Sequence record: PP496441.1
DNA length: 64,000 nt
Reading direction: 5' to 3' (one strand)
The notes under the pieces were generated by a model. That model was not told the DNA's origin, made no database searches, and saw only the letters and a list, made by a program, of their open reading frames with translations. This document shows positions 55,790 to 64,000 of the stretch, one piece after another. Made by a program: the position numbers and the translations under genes. Numbering within the stretch: position 1 is the stretch's first letter; each line of letters starts with the position of its first letter.

Positions 55790-56761
55790 ATGAAAGATAT
55801 GCGCTATACCGAACTGTTCTATTCCCTCCAAGGTGAGGGGTTGCGCGTTGGAGTGCCGTCGGTATTCTTCCGCATGTTCGGTTGCAACTTCGAGTGCAAG
55901 GGATTCTCCAATCCTGAGATGAAAGATCCCAACGTGATCCCGGCCATCAACCTGCTGTCGATCAACGAAGCGGATCTGGAGCTGGGCTGTGACTCTCGTT
56001 ACAGCTGGCACAAGGACTATCGCAACCTGGCGATTAAAGCGGCACCCCATGAGGTGGCCAACCGGCTGATCGACTTCACCAAAGAGAAGTTCATGGCAGC
56101 TGCGGCTCGCTGGCCTAAACGTAATCTGGAGGGCAAGGTAGTTAAGCTGATCCCCGGACAAGCCCCGGAAGTAGGCGTCCAGACGCTTACGCTGGCTAAT
56201 GTACCAGACTGGGTGTTCACCGGCGGAGAACCGTTCATGCAGCAAGAGCAGCTGGAAGGCCTGCTGCGTCACGCCATGTACGTTGTGGAAGAGGAGGACG
56301 TTAACTTTGGCCTGCTTGGCCTGCCGATGCTGACTTTCGAGACCAACGCCAGTATTTCGATGAGAGACTCCATGCTGGATTGTCTCAAAGATTACAACGA
56401 TGGCTTCGGCGACGTGCACTTCTCTAACAGCCCCAAGCTGTCATTCACGGGAGAGCATCGCAACGCGGCTCTGAAGCCCTACGTTATCGAGCAACAATGC
56501 TCCATCGGGGGCTCCAGTTCGTTCAAGTTCGTGGTGCGCCCTGCTCGCGAAGACTTCGATGAGCTGATGGAGTTCATGCAAGAGTATCAACCCTACATGG
56601 ATGAAGGTAGTATCGAGAACATATACGTCATGCCGGTCGGTGCCAGCCTACATCAACAGCAGGCCATCGCCACACAGGTTGCCGAGCTGGCACTGGAATA
56701 CGGCCTGTCCTACAGCCCCCGACTCCAGTGTGACCTGTGGGCCAACAAGATAGGGACGTGA
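55790..56761 (+). CDS. queE: 7-carboxy-7-deazaguanine synthase (radical SAM)
   Basis: ELFYSLQGEG, FRMFGCNFEC...GCDSRYSW, FTGGEP, FETN, SPKL, KFVV, YVMP, SPRLQCDLW. Confidence 0.92.
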   Translation: MKDMRYTELFYSLQGEGLRVGVPSVFFRMFGCNFECKGFSNPEMKDPNVIPAINLLSINEADLELGCDSRYSWHKDYRNLAIKAAPHEVANRLIDFTKEKFMAAAARWPKRNLEGKVVKLIPGQAPEVGVQTLTLANVPDWVFTGGEPFMQQEQLEGLLRHAMYVVEEEDVNFGLLGLPMLTFETNASISMRDSMLDCLKDYNDGFGDVHFSNSPKLSFTGEHRNAALKPYVIEQQCSIGGSSSFKFVVRPAREDFDELMEFMQEYQPYMDEGSIENIYVMPVGASLHQQQAIATQVAELALEYGLSYSPRLQCDLWANKIGT

Positions 56762-56763
56762 TC

Positions 56764-57108
56764 ATGGATTCCTTTCAAGAGTGGTTCATTTACGACGTGA
56801 TGTTTTGGGTGACGACAGGTGCCATGTTACTCGGTGCCTTGATGAGCTTACTGGTGACACTGGTACTGGTCAAGATGGACCAGCGCATGGTAAATAAAGG
56901 TTACTGGAGTGCACCCCAAAATCGGGGTGATCCGGCCTTCCTGTGGTTCCACATAACCATGACCGTGATCTTCTTTCTCCTTGTCATCACGGACCTCATA
57001 AACGCCAGACTTTTCACTATCATCGGAACCCTTGGGTACTGCGCTATCTCTATATACGCGCTGATCCTCAGGTTCCCCACAACTACCAACAAGGACACCC
57101 CGCAATGA
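56764..57108 (+). CDS. multi-TM membrane protein
   Basis: three hydrophobic segments. Confidence 0.65.
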   Translation: MDSFQEWFIYDVMFWVTTGAMLLGALMSLLVTLVLVKMDQRMVNKGYWSAPQNRGDPAFLWFHITMTVIFFLLVITDLINARLFTIIGTLGYCAISIYALILRFPTTTNKDTPQ

Positions 57109-58331
57109 CGATCAAAGACCGTAACCGCCGAGAGAAACGTAGCAAGCGCGACAGCCGACTGGTCAAGTCTGTCAAGTCCCGTACCTCCAGCTGGAAGTTG
57201 CACATCAACCCCGGAACACTGGTCAAGAGCATGCAGAACGCCCTGACCATGACCAAGAGCGAGCACGTGCTGCTGACTGTCGAGACGTCGCCGGAGGGTA
57301 ACGCCCAGATAGTAATCGTCGCCACGGGTAACGACGTGCAGTTCAAGCAGGTAGTGGTCGGCACCATCGATCAACTGGGTCCAGAGCCGGGGCTGGGGTT
57401 GGACGTTAACGTCTTGACCGGCATTGCACGTGGCCGGAAAGAGATGTGCCTGTTCACCGAACCAGACGATACCCGCATTCACTTCTCGTCGAAGGGCGCC
57501 AATGGCCGGGCCTACTCCGGAGATGTGTGTTCGGTCCCTGATATCGCCTTCGCCGTGGACAGCATCGCCCCGAGTAAAGACGATGTGATCCTCGATCAGA
57601 GCATCCGTACCGCGCTACAGACGGCCGTCAACCGTGTGGGACTGACCGACGTGGTGGAAGGCAAGGAACTCGACCTGTGGGTACAAGCCAACATGAAGGG
57701 CTTGACCGTGGCGTGCTTCGACACTCTGCACGTAGCAACCCTGCATTTCTCCGAACTCAAGGTTAAGCGTGACTTCAACCTTAACTTGCCGCTGTCCACG
57801 TTCACTACCATTCAAGGCCTTACCGAGAGCGGTGAGTTCACCATCGGCATTGCAGACAACACCATCACGGCGTATAGCGACGAGTTCTTCGTGAGCATGC
57901 CACTGCTGCAAGAGACGGCGCGTACCCAATCGCTGGCCGACGTGTTGAGCCTGCTGCAAACCATCACCAGCAACGGCAGTCCGGAAGCCAGCTTCACGTG
58001 TTCGGTGGAAGATCTGAACACCGCGCTAGGCTCGACCAACGCGGTCTTTGAAACGGGTGCCAAGACCCGACTGACCGTCGAGAAGAAAACCGGGGTAACG
58101 ATCAACATCAAGACCAGCTACGGTCAAGTAAATGACCAAGTGGCGAACGACAACTTCACAGGCAGCGGCGAGTTCGTAATCTCGCAACCGTTGCTGGAAG
58201 ATATCCTGCGGGTGTACAGCGACGACAAGATCACCCTCAAGCTGTATAACGATAAGCCGGCCTCGCTGCTGTCGGCCACGGGTAAGGTAAAGGACTATAC
58301 CTATACCTACATCGCACTGTTGATGGATTGA
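57105..58331 (+). CDS. DNA polymerase sliding clamp (beta-clamp-like)
   Basis: ~408 aa, three-domain pattern; VACFDTLHVA resembles DnaN vatDghRla; sits in the replication module. Confidence 0.65.
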   Translation: MTIKDRNRREKRSKRDSRLVKSVKSRTSSWKLHINPGTLVKSMQNALTMTKSEHVLLTVETSPEGNAQIVIVATGNDVQFKQVVVGTIDQLGPEPGLGLDVNVLTGIARGRKEMCLFTEPDDTRIHFSSKGANGRAYSGDVCSVPDIAFAVDSIAPSKDDVILDQSIRTALQTAVNRVGLTDVVEGKELDLWVQANMKGLTVACFDTLHVATLHFSELKVKRDFNLNLPLSTFTTIQGLTESGEFTIGIADNTITAYSDEFFVSMPLLQETARTQSLADVLSLLQTITSNGSPEASFTCSVEDLNTALGSTNAVFETGAKTRLTVEKKTGVTINIKTSYGQVNDQVANDNFTGSGEFVISQPLLEDILRVYSDDKITLKLYNDKPASLLSATGKVKDYTYTYIALLMD

Positions 58332-58720
58332 TGAAACCCTCGGACATCAAGCACATACCGTTGCATACGTTCGTCAAGGTGGGAGTGGCCGAATACCTGT
58401 TCCTGAACCGCAGCGCAGTTTCAGGTATCAAGCTGACCACCACCAAGATGGCGTTGGATGAGATTCCGAGCATCCATGTCCACGAGATTACCATGGGTAA
58501 AGACGGCATCCACGTAGGGTATCTGTTCAAGACACCCAAGCGAGTTGCCCACTCGGCGAAGTCGCTGATCTTCGCCCCCGCTATTTCCATAGATGCAGCC
58601 AAGCGGTGTGAGGCTGTGTTCCAAGAATTCTTTGTCGGCTTAGACTGCTGGGTGACTTCCGAAGGGGGTACGTTGTTCAACGCCCAGAAGTACGATGCCT
58701 CATTACTCAAACCATTATAA
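58331..58720 (+). CDS. hypothetical protein
   Basis: ~129 aa, operonic. Confidence 0.6.
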   Translation: MKPSDIKHIPLHTFVKVGVAEYLFLNRSAVSGIKLTTTKMALDEIPSIHVHEITMGKDGIHVGYLFKTPKRVAHSAKSLIFAPAISIDAAKRCEAVFQEFFVGLDCWVTSEGGTLFNAQKYDASLLKPL

Positions 58721-58729
58721 GGGCCTACC

Positions 58730-59470
58730 ATGGCTATTGATGCACATAAGTATCCGTTGTTGGCGGCGGCTCAAGACCGACTCATCGAGTCTGGTCAGCG
58801 CTATTTTGCGAATGACAATATCCATCCGGTATTTGAATACCTGGACAACATGGCATTGCCTATGCCAGTCGGGGCTCAGACACTGGAGCAGATGAAGGAG
58901 GCTGTTCAAGAGAAGTACGGCGAGCTGCTGGAACTCCTCTTGATCGATTGGGCTGCGGATCATAACTCCGAAGGTACCCCGCGCCGTGTCGCCAAGATGC
59001 TGGTCGAGGAAACCTACAAGGGTCGCTATCAGCCGACGCCGAAGATCACCGCGTTCCCCAACGACAGCAAGCGTACTCAGATGATCGTGATCGGGCCGCT
59101 GCGCGTTGAGAGCCAGTGCAGCCATCACCATCAGAACATCCGGGGCTGGGCATGGGTCGGTGTTATGCCGTCGGAAGATGGTACACTGATCGGTCTGTCG
59201 AAGTTCAGCCGCCTACTTGATCATATCTGCCGCCGTCCTCAGATCCAAGAGGAAATGGTTGCTCAGGTGTGTCACCAGTTGAACGATCTGGTCAAGGACA
59301 ACCTCGGTGTCGCGGTCGTGATCAACGCAGAGCACCAGTGCATGGCCGTTCGGGGCGTGCAAGAGCCGTGTGCCCAAACCGTTACGTCGGAGATGCTGGG
59401 TGCGTTCCTCGAACCTGGTGTTCGTCAGGAGTTCCTGACCTACGTGCAAATGAACCCAGCCCCGTGCTAA
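58730..59470 (+). CDS. folE: GTP cyclohydrolase I
   Basis: TPRRVAKM, SQCSHH, GLSKFSRL, RRPQIQEE, AEHQCMAVRG, TSEMLGAF. Confidence 0.95.
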   Translation: MAIDAHKYPLLAAAQDRLIESGQRYFANDNIHPVFEYLDNMALPMPVGAQTLEQMKEAVQEKYGELLELLLIDWAADHNSEGTPRRVAKMLVEETYKGRYQPTPKITAFPNDSKRTQMIVIGPLRVESQCSHHHQNIRGWAWVGVMPSEDGTLIGLSKFSRLLDHICRRPQIQEEMVAQVCHQLNDLVKDNLGVAVVINAEHQCMAVRGVQEPCAQTVTSEMLGAFLEPGVRQEFLTYVQMNPAPC

Positions 59471-59479
59471 GGTGACATC

Positions 59480-60061
59480 ATGGCAGTCAAGTCCACACCA
59501 AAGAAACCGGAGAAGCCACCCAAGACGGATCGGGTAGCTCGGGGCTTCTCCGCCAAGACGGAAGATCCGTACAAGGACATCAACTACATCTCCCTTGGGA
59601 AGATCCTCAAGTCGGTGCGGATCGATCCTGCTGGAATGAAAGTGGAGATCCGCCGGATCCACAAGGACCGTAGTTCTCGAAAACTGGTCAGTATCAACGT
59701 GACAGGTGATGAGCTGTCCGCAACGGGTCGCCGGGATAACTCTCGTCGGTCCCGACTGGTGGAGATTGCCAGTGACTGCCGTGAAGCGCGTAACGAAGTG
59801 GCTAAGGCCTATGACGCCGTGCACATGCACATCGCGGTAACCTACGGCAAGACGTACTTCACGGAGTTCAAGGCCATCGCATCGCTCAACTCGGCGGTGT
59901 ACAACATGGAGAACTTCGTGAAGGCAGCTGACCTGCTGGGGACGCTGGACTCGGTTATCCAGATGGCAACCTTCGCCATCGAGGACATCGACAAGTCCGG
60001 CATGAACCTGACCATGGCATTGAAAGCGCTTGAACTGAAAGCGCGAGGGAAGGACTTCTAA
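59480..60061 (+). CDS. helical protein, possibly UvsY-like recombination mediator
   Basis: coiled-coil composition, adjacent to a UvsW-like helicase. Confidence 0.35.
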   Translation: MAVKSTPKKPEKPPKTDRVARGFSAKTEDPYKDINYISLGKILKSVRIDPAGMKVEIRRIHKDRSSRKLVSINVTGDELSATGRRDNSRRSRLVEIASDCREARNEVAKAYDAVHMHIAVTYGKTYFTEFKAIASLNSAVYNMENFVKAADLLGTLDSVIQMATFAIEDIDKSGMNLTMALKALELKARGKDF

Positions 60062-61650
60062 TGAGGCGTACTCGGCGGCGGGTGTTCAAGCCGTTCATTG
60101 AGTGCAATGCCATCTGGCTGCCGAAAAGCCAGGTGTACATGAGCACCGTGAAGCGGCTCTTCACGTTGGAGCTGGAGGACAAGCAAGTCAAGTCCAAGAA
60201 GCGTGAAGACCGGATGTACGAAGTGCAGGTGTTCCGTACGAGGAACTGGCACGGGGAGGAGATCGTCGGCCTGCCACTGGGTGACAAGAAGCGTGTGCGT
60301 CAATGTCTGATGGACAAGCACGCGGTCAACGACGCGATAGATATGCGTCCGAAGTTCGACGATGTAAGAATCAAGGCGTGCTCAACCAGTATCGTGCTGC
60401 GGGACTACCAAGATCCCGCCGTTCGCACCTTCACGACAAAGGAAATGGTCAGCGGCGTACTGCGTGCACGCCCTCGTTCCGGCAAAACGGTGATGGGTGT
60501 AGAGATCGCCATCCGTAACCGGGTGAAGACTCTGGTGCTGGTTCACCAGTCCGATCTGCTCAAGCAGTTCAAGCGTGACACCTTCGACGCGTTGACTGCG
60601 GCGGGCATGCGCTCCAAGATCTGCAAGACGTGGAAAGACTTTAGGGAAACCGATTTCTGTCTGGCCACGTATCAGTCGTTCCTGAGTCCCGGCGGCAAGA
60701 AGCTACTGCGCCGGATCGCGAACATGTTCGGACTCGTCCTGACCGATGAGATTCACCGAGCGGCGTCCAAGGAATACAACAACGTTCTCTGCCAGCTGAA
60801 CGCACTCCAGTACATCGGTCTGACCGGTACACCGGATCGTAAAGACGGCAAGTACGACATGATCAACGTGTGCGTAGGTCCTATTCGGATCACGTGCAAG
60901 GCTCCGGCACTCAAGCCGAAAGTCCAGATGGTGTACACCGATCTTCCACAGCGGCACTTCGGCGGCAACGGCTGGACCTACATGGTCAAGTACATCGCCA
61001 CCAACAAGGCTCGCAACGAACTGATCGCAGACCATGCGGTCCGGGATATGCTGGCAGGTCATCACGTGGTTATTCCGATCACCATGATCGAACATGGCAA
61101 CCTGTTGGAAGCGCTGATCAGCAAGAAATGGGAGGCCCTTGGCAAGCAATTGCCTGTGGCTGCACGCTTCGATGGACGACTGCAAGGCAACAAGCGTGAC
61201 GCCGTGCTGGACGACATCCGAGACGGTAAATATGGTTGCACCATTGCCATGCGTTCGATGCTCACAGGCGTCAACGTTCCGCGCTGGTCTATGATCTATA
61301 CGGTCATCCCTATTGCCAACGCTCCGACGTACACTCAGGAGGTAACCCGAGTCGGTACTCCAATGGAAGGTAAGAACCGTCCAGTGGTCAAGTGCTTCCT
61401 CGATACCGAGATGACTGCGTGCGTGGCGTGCTTCCGCAAGATGTTCTTCGCGGTCCTCAACATTCGGTCTGACTTCACCGTGTCGTACGGTGTTCTCAAG
61501 TACTTTCACATGTCCGGTCGCACGATTGAGCAGGTGGCGTCAACCCCGGCGTCCAGTGCTCGTGCCCCAAGCTATACCAGAAGCTCGCAGGCCATTACCC
61601 GGACAGCCACTGCTCGGGGTGGGAAGATGCGTGGCTTCGGTGGGAGATAG
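60061..61650 (+). CDS. SF2 DEAH helicase (UvsW-like)
   Basis: ARPRSGKT, DEIH, GLTGTPDR, LTGVNVP, QEVTRV. Confidence 0.9.
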   Translation: MRRTRRRVFKPFIECNAIWLPKSQVYMSTVKRLFTLELEDKQVKSKKREDRMYEVQVFRTRNWHGEEIVGLPLGDKKRVRQCLMDKHAVNDAIDMRPKFDDVRIKACSTSIVLRDYQDPAVRTFTTKEMVSGVLRARPRSGKTVMGVEIAIRNRVKTLVLVHQSDLLKQFKRDTFDALTAAGMRSKICKTWKDFRETDFCLATYQSFLSPGGKKLLRRIANMFGLVLTDEIHRAASKEYNNVLCQLNALQYIGLTGTPDRKDGKYDMINVCVGPIRITCKAPALKPKVQMVYTDLPQRHFGGNGWTYMVKYIATNKARNELIADHAVRDMLAGHHVVIPITMIEHGNLLEALISKKWEALGKQLPVAARFDGRLQGNKRDAVLDDIRDGKYGCTIAMRSMLTGVNVPRWSMIYTVIPIANAPTYTQEVTRVGTPMEGKNRPVVKCFLDTEMTACVACFRKMFFAVLNIRSDFTVSYGVLKYFHMSGRTIEQVASTPASSARAPSYTRSSQAITRTATARGGKMRGFGGR

Positions 61651-61652
61651 TT

Positions 61653-61916
61653 ATGCGTATGCTCGTTGTCAAAGGTTACAAGGTTGAACGTGACCTAGTG
61701 CAGGTGGGACCTGTTGGTCAAGAGTTCGGAGCTAACGACGTATACGCCTATTCGTCGGGTCATTCCGGAGATAGCAATATCGAAGCCACGATAAAGTCGG
61801 CCGTTGAGACCCTTGGCTTGACCGAAGCCGACATCATCTCGATCACCATGGTGCCATGGCAGGTTAACGGACGTGATCGCGGCAGCAACGACTATCACAT
61901 CTTCCTTCGGGGATAA
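61653..61916 (+). CDS. hypothetical protein
   Basis: 87 aa, GGAG SD. Confidence 0.6.
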   Translation: MRMLVVKGYKVERDLVQVGPVGQEFGANDVYAYSSGHSGDSNIEATIKSAVETLGLTEADIISITMVPWQVNGRDRGSNDYHIFLRG

Positions 61917-61928
61917 GGAAAGCAGGCC

Positions 61929-62576
61929 ATGGCCGTCAATAGCAGTATGATCAAACTCCCCAAGATGGGAAGTGTCACGTTCAAGAAGATGCAAGCGGTT
62001 AACGTGCCGATCCATCGTCTGGCCCAGTCCAACATTCAGTTTAACCTGCGAGAGAACTTGCAGGAAGATGTGTTCGTTGAACGAAACAAGGCCAAGGAAG
62101 TAAAAGACATCGTTCGACACACTGCTGCGTCTCAACTCCGGGCGTGGCAGTTGTTGATGCAAGAACCCTTTGGTGAGCCGTACAGCATGTGCGTGTCCAC
62201 CTACGAGTCCGATTTCCTGCCCAAGATGGTAGCCGCCACACTGGTTGCTGCTGCCTTCGATCAGGGCGCCACTGTTAATCAGGTGGCTTGGCACACGATC
62301 ACCGGAGACGCGGTTGACTACATGCTGGTAGATCATCATGCCCGGAAGAAAGACCTGAAGCTGATCGTGCTTGCCAACCTGCCAACGTCCTACGATCACA
62401 CGACCCGGATGGACAGCTCTTTGCTGAAGTATGAGAAGGTGCGGGACATCATCGAGGTGTTCCCCAACGCAGCGGTGTGCGTGGTGTCAACAGGCACCAG
62501 CCCGTCGGACCTGTTCCATAAACTTCAACTTCCTCTGGACATCGCCATCCGCCTGATGGATAAGAGACAACTATGA
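61929..62576 (+). CDS. degenerate DnaC/DnaA-like AAA+ protein (putative helicase loader)
   Basis: directly upstream of dnaB; alpha/beta pattern with LKLIVLANL at the Walker B position; no intact GxxGxGKT. Confidence 0.4.
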   Translation: MAVNSSMIKLPKMGSVTFKKMQAVNVPIHRLAQSNIQFNLRENLQEDVFVERNKAKEVKDIVRHTAASQLRAWQLLMQEPFGEPYSMCVSTYESDFLPKMVAATLVAAAFDQGATVNQVAWHTITGDAVDYMLVDHHARKKDLKLIVLANLPTSYDHTTRMDSSLLKYEKVRDIIEVFPNAAVCVVSTGTSPSDLFHKLQLPLDIAIRLMDKRQL

Positions 62577-64000
62577 AACTGGTTAACCAACCCGCAGAAG
62601 TACGTGCAGTTGTGTCCATCTGTAAGAGCCCAACAAAGCTTCGCTACAAGCTGTTGGCTAACCTCAATGAAACTCACTTCGACTCAGACATCGCCAGCCG
62701 GGCATTCAGTCGTATCTCCACACTGGCCCGGAAGCGCGCCACACTGGTGAGCTGGGAAGACCTGTGTGAAGATCCTACGCTTCCGGACGCCACCAAGGCT
62801 GCGCTGCGCAATGCCAAAGTCAGGCCGATCAAGACCGATAAGGATATGTCCTCGCTGGTAGAGAACCTGACCTACTATCGCAAGTGCCGACTGACCTTCG
62901 AAGCAGCGCAAGCGGCCATCACCTCTTTTCAGACTGATGCGCCGAACGTAGACAACATCGTGGTAAGTCTGGCCAACGCTGTGACTGCTGCGAACACCTC
63001 CATGGCCGTGGACAGCGAACTGCTCGTCTTTGGTAAGGGTTCCAACTCCAAGGAGATGATCGACGAACTGCTGGACGGTGAAGCACCCGAGGTTATTCCG
63101 TTGGGCTTCTCCGGGTTCGATGACCGCAACGGTGGCCTGTTCCCCGGCTCGCTGGTAATCGTGGCCGGTCCATCTGGTGGGGGTAAGTCGCTGACGGCTG
63201 GTCAGATGGCGATCAACTTCACGGAAGGTGGGTATTCAACCGCTATCGTGCCGTTGGAGATGACCAAGCGTGAGCAGACTGCGCGTATCGTCGCCAACCT
63301 TGCGGACATCCCGGTCAACAAGATTCTCACGGGCAAGCTGACGCTCAACGAGAAGAAAAAGATTCGCAAGGCGATGAAGGACTACGAGCGCCGCTGCAAG
63401 AAGCTCGGTTCCTCGTACGCCATCTACGAGCCGGAAGAAGACGTCACCATCGAAAACGTGTTGGGCAACCTTCGCCCGTTCGGCCATCGCGTTGTTATCA
63501 TCGACTACGTGGGTCTGCTGGATGGTGTCGACGGCGATGACTCTTGGAGACAGCTGGGTAAAGCGGCACGCTACGCCAAGATCTGGGCCAAGCAGAACAA
63601 CGTGCTGGTCATCCTGCTGGCGCAAGCGGCAGAAGATGGTACGCTGCGTTACTCCAAGGTAATGACCGACCATGCCAACAACGCCTTCGTGTGGGTGACC
63701 ACGGAAGAGATGAAGGATCACGGCATCATTCGCGTCATGCAGCCTAAGGCACGTAACCATGACCCGGCGCCGTTCTACATCAAGATGCATTGGGGCAGTA
63801 TGAAGTGCGTCGGCCTCACGGATCAGGAAGCCGAGGAACAGATGTCGGCCAGCGGGCATCGCAACGTGGTCAATACGGAACGGCGAGGTGCACGACAAGG
63901 CGGGGATAATTCCGGGAAAGCTGGACGGACCAATAACTTGCGCCGTGAACTGCAAAACCGCAGGCAGCAAATGGGCGGCGGACAGAGACGCGCCGCGTAA
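62573..64000 (+). CDS. dnaB: replicative DnaB-like helicase
   Basis: AGPSGGGKS, PLEMT, IIDYVGLL, VILLAQ, QPKARN. Confidence 0.92.
   Translation: MKLVNQPAEVRAVVSICKSPTKLRYKLLANLNETHFDSDIASRAFSRISTLARKRATLVSWEDLCEDPTLPDATKAALRNAKVRPIKTDKDMSSLVENLTYYRKCRLTFEAAQAAITSFQTDAPNVDNIVVSLANAVTAANTSMAVDSELLVFGKGSNSKEMIDELLDGEAPEVIPLGFSGFDDRNGGLFPGSLVIVAGPSGGGKSLTAGQMAINFTEGGYSTAIVPLEMTKREQTARIVANLADIPVNKILTGKLTLNEKKKIRKAMKDYERRCKKLGSSYAIYEPEEDVTIENVLGNLRPFGHRVVIIDYVGLLDGVDGDDSWRQLGKAARYAKIWAKQNNVLVILLAQAAEDGTLRYSKVMTDHANNAFVWVTTEEMKDHGIIRVMQPKARNHDPAPFYIKMHWGSMKCVGLTDQEAEEQMSASGHRNVVNTERRGARQGGDNSGKAGRTNNLRRELQNRRQQMGGGQRRAA

Noticed and set aside
1-64000. tRNA, rRNA or CRISPR arrays
   Set aside because: No cloverleaf with T-loop GGTTCGA in an intergenic position and no repeat-spacer arrays were seen by eye; a tRNAscan run would be needed to exclude them fully.
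1-64000. alternative genetic code (TAG/TGA recoding)
   Set aside because: Core genes (polA, gyrA/B, dnaB, kamA) are full length in the standard code, and TAG/TGA stops are followed by new SD-start pairs.
51760-64000. inteins or group I introns in polA or dnaB
   Set aside because: Motif spacing is normal, with no Cys..His-Asn intein ends or LAGLIDADG inserts.

Overview
The window is a gene-dense, GC-rich (about 55% by eye) segment of a large lytic dsDNA tailed phage. It is probably a jumbo myovirus; similarity to the phiRSL1/PaBG/Lu11/Alexandra-type group is my inference from gene content and order, not a database result. Layout: head module on the minus strand (1-4.4 kb: MCP, probable decoration protein, Zn-finger acidic scaffold); a SWIM protein; a 928-aa divergent PolA-superfamily enzyme followed by a ~780-nt structured non-coding region; a minus-strand early/accessory block (9-18.8 kb: GNAT, RNase H, UvrD); then a plus-strand metabolism and replication block. 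That block holds a degenerate LigA, a 12-kb biosynthetic cluster (2x QueC, 4x Fem/ATE-like GNAT, PurD-like ATP-grasp, 2x SAM methyltransferase, lysine 2,3-aminomutase), type IIA topoisomerase subunits, a J-domain protein, a HAD phosphatase, HNH, a sigma-like factor, an NMP kinase, a DenV-like glycosylase, an SGNH esterase, PolA, QueE, a beta-clamp, FolE, an SF2 helicase, a loader-like protein and DnaB. The headline candidate is the 20.4-32.2 kb cluster, which with QueE/FolE could build an amino-acid/peptide-conjugated, methylated 7-deazaguanine (DNA hypermodification or a secreted/anti-defence metabolite). Also notable are the second PolA-like enzyme, a recurrent phage-specific GTAAAT(A/G) promoter-like motif and a conserved CCACT..GAGGAA leader. 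All protein assignments are by-eye motif recognition; no searches were run. I saw no tRNA, rRNA or CRISPR array.
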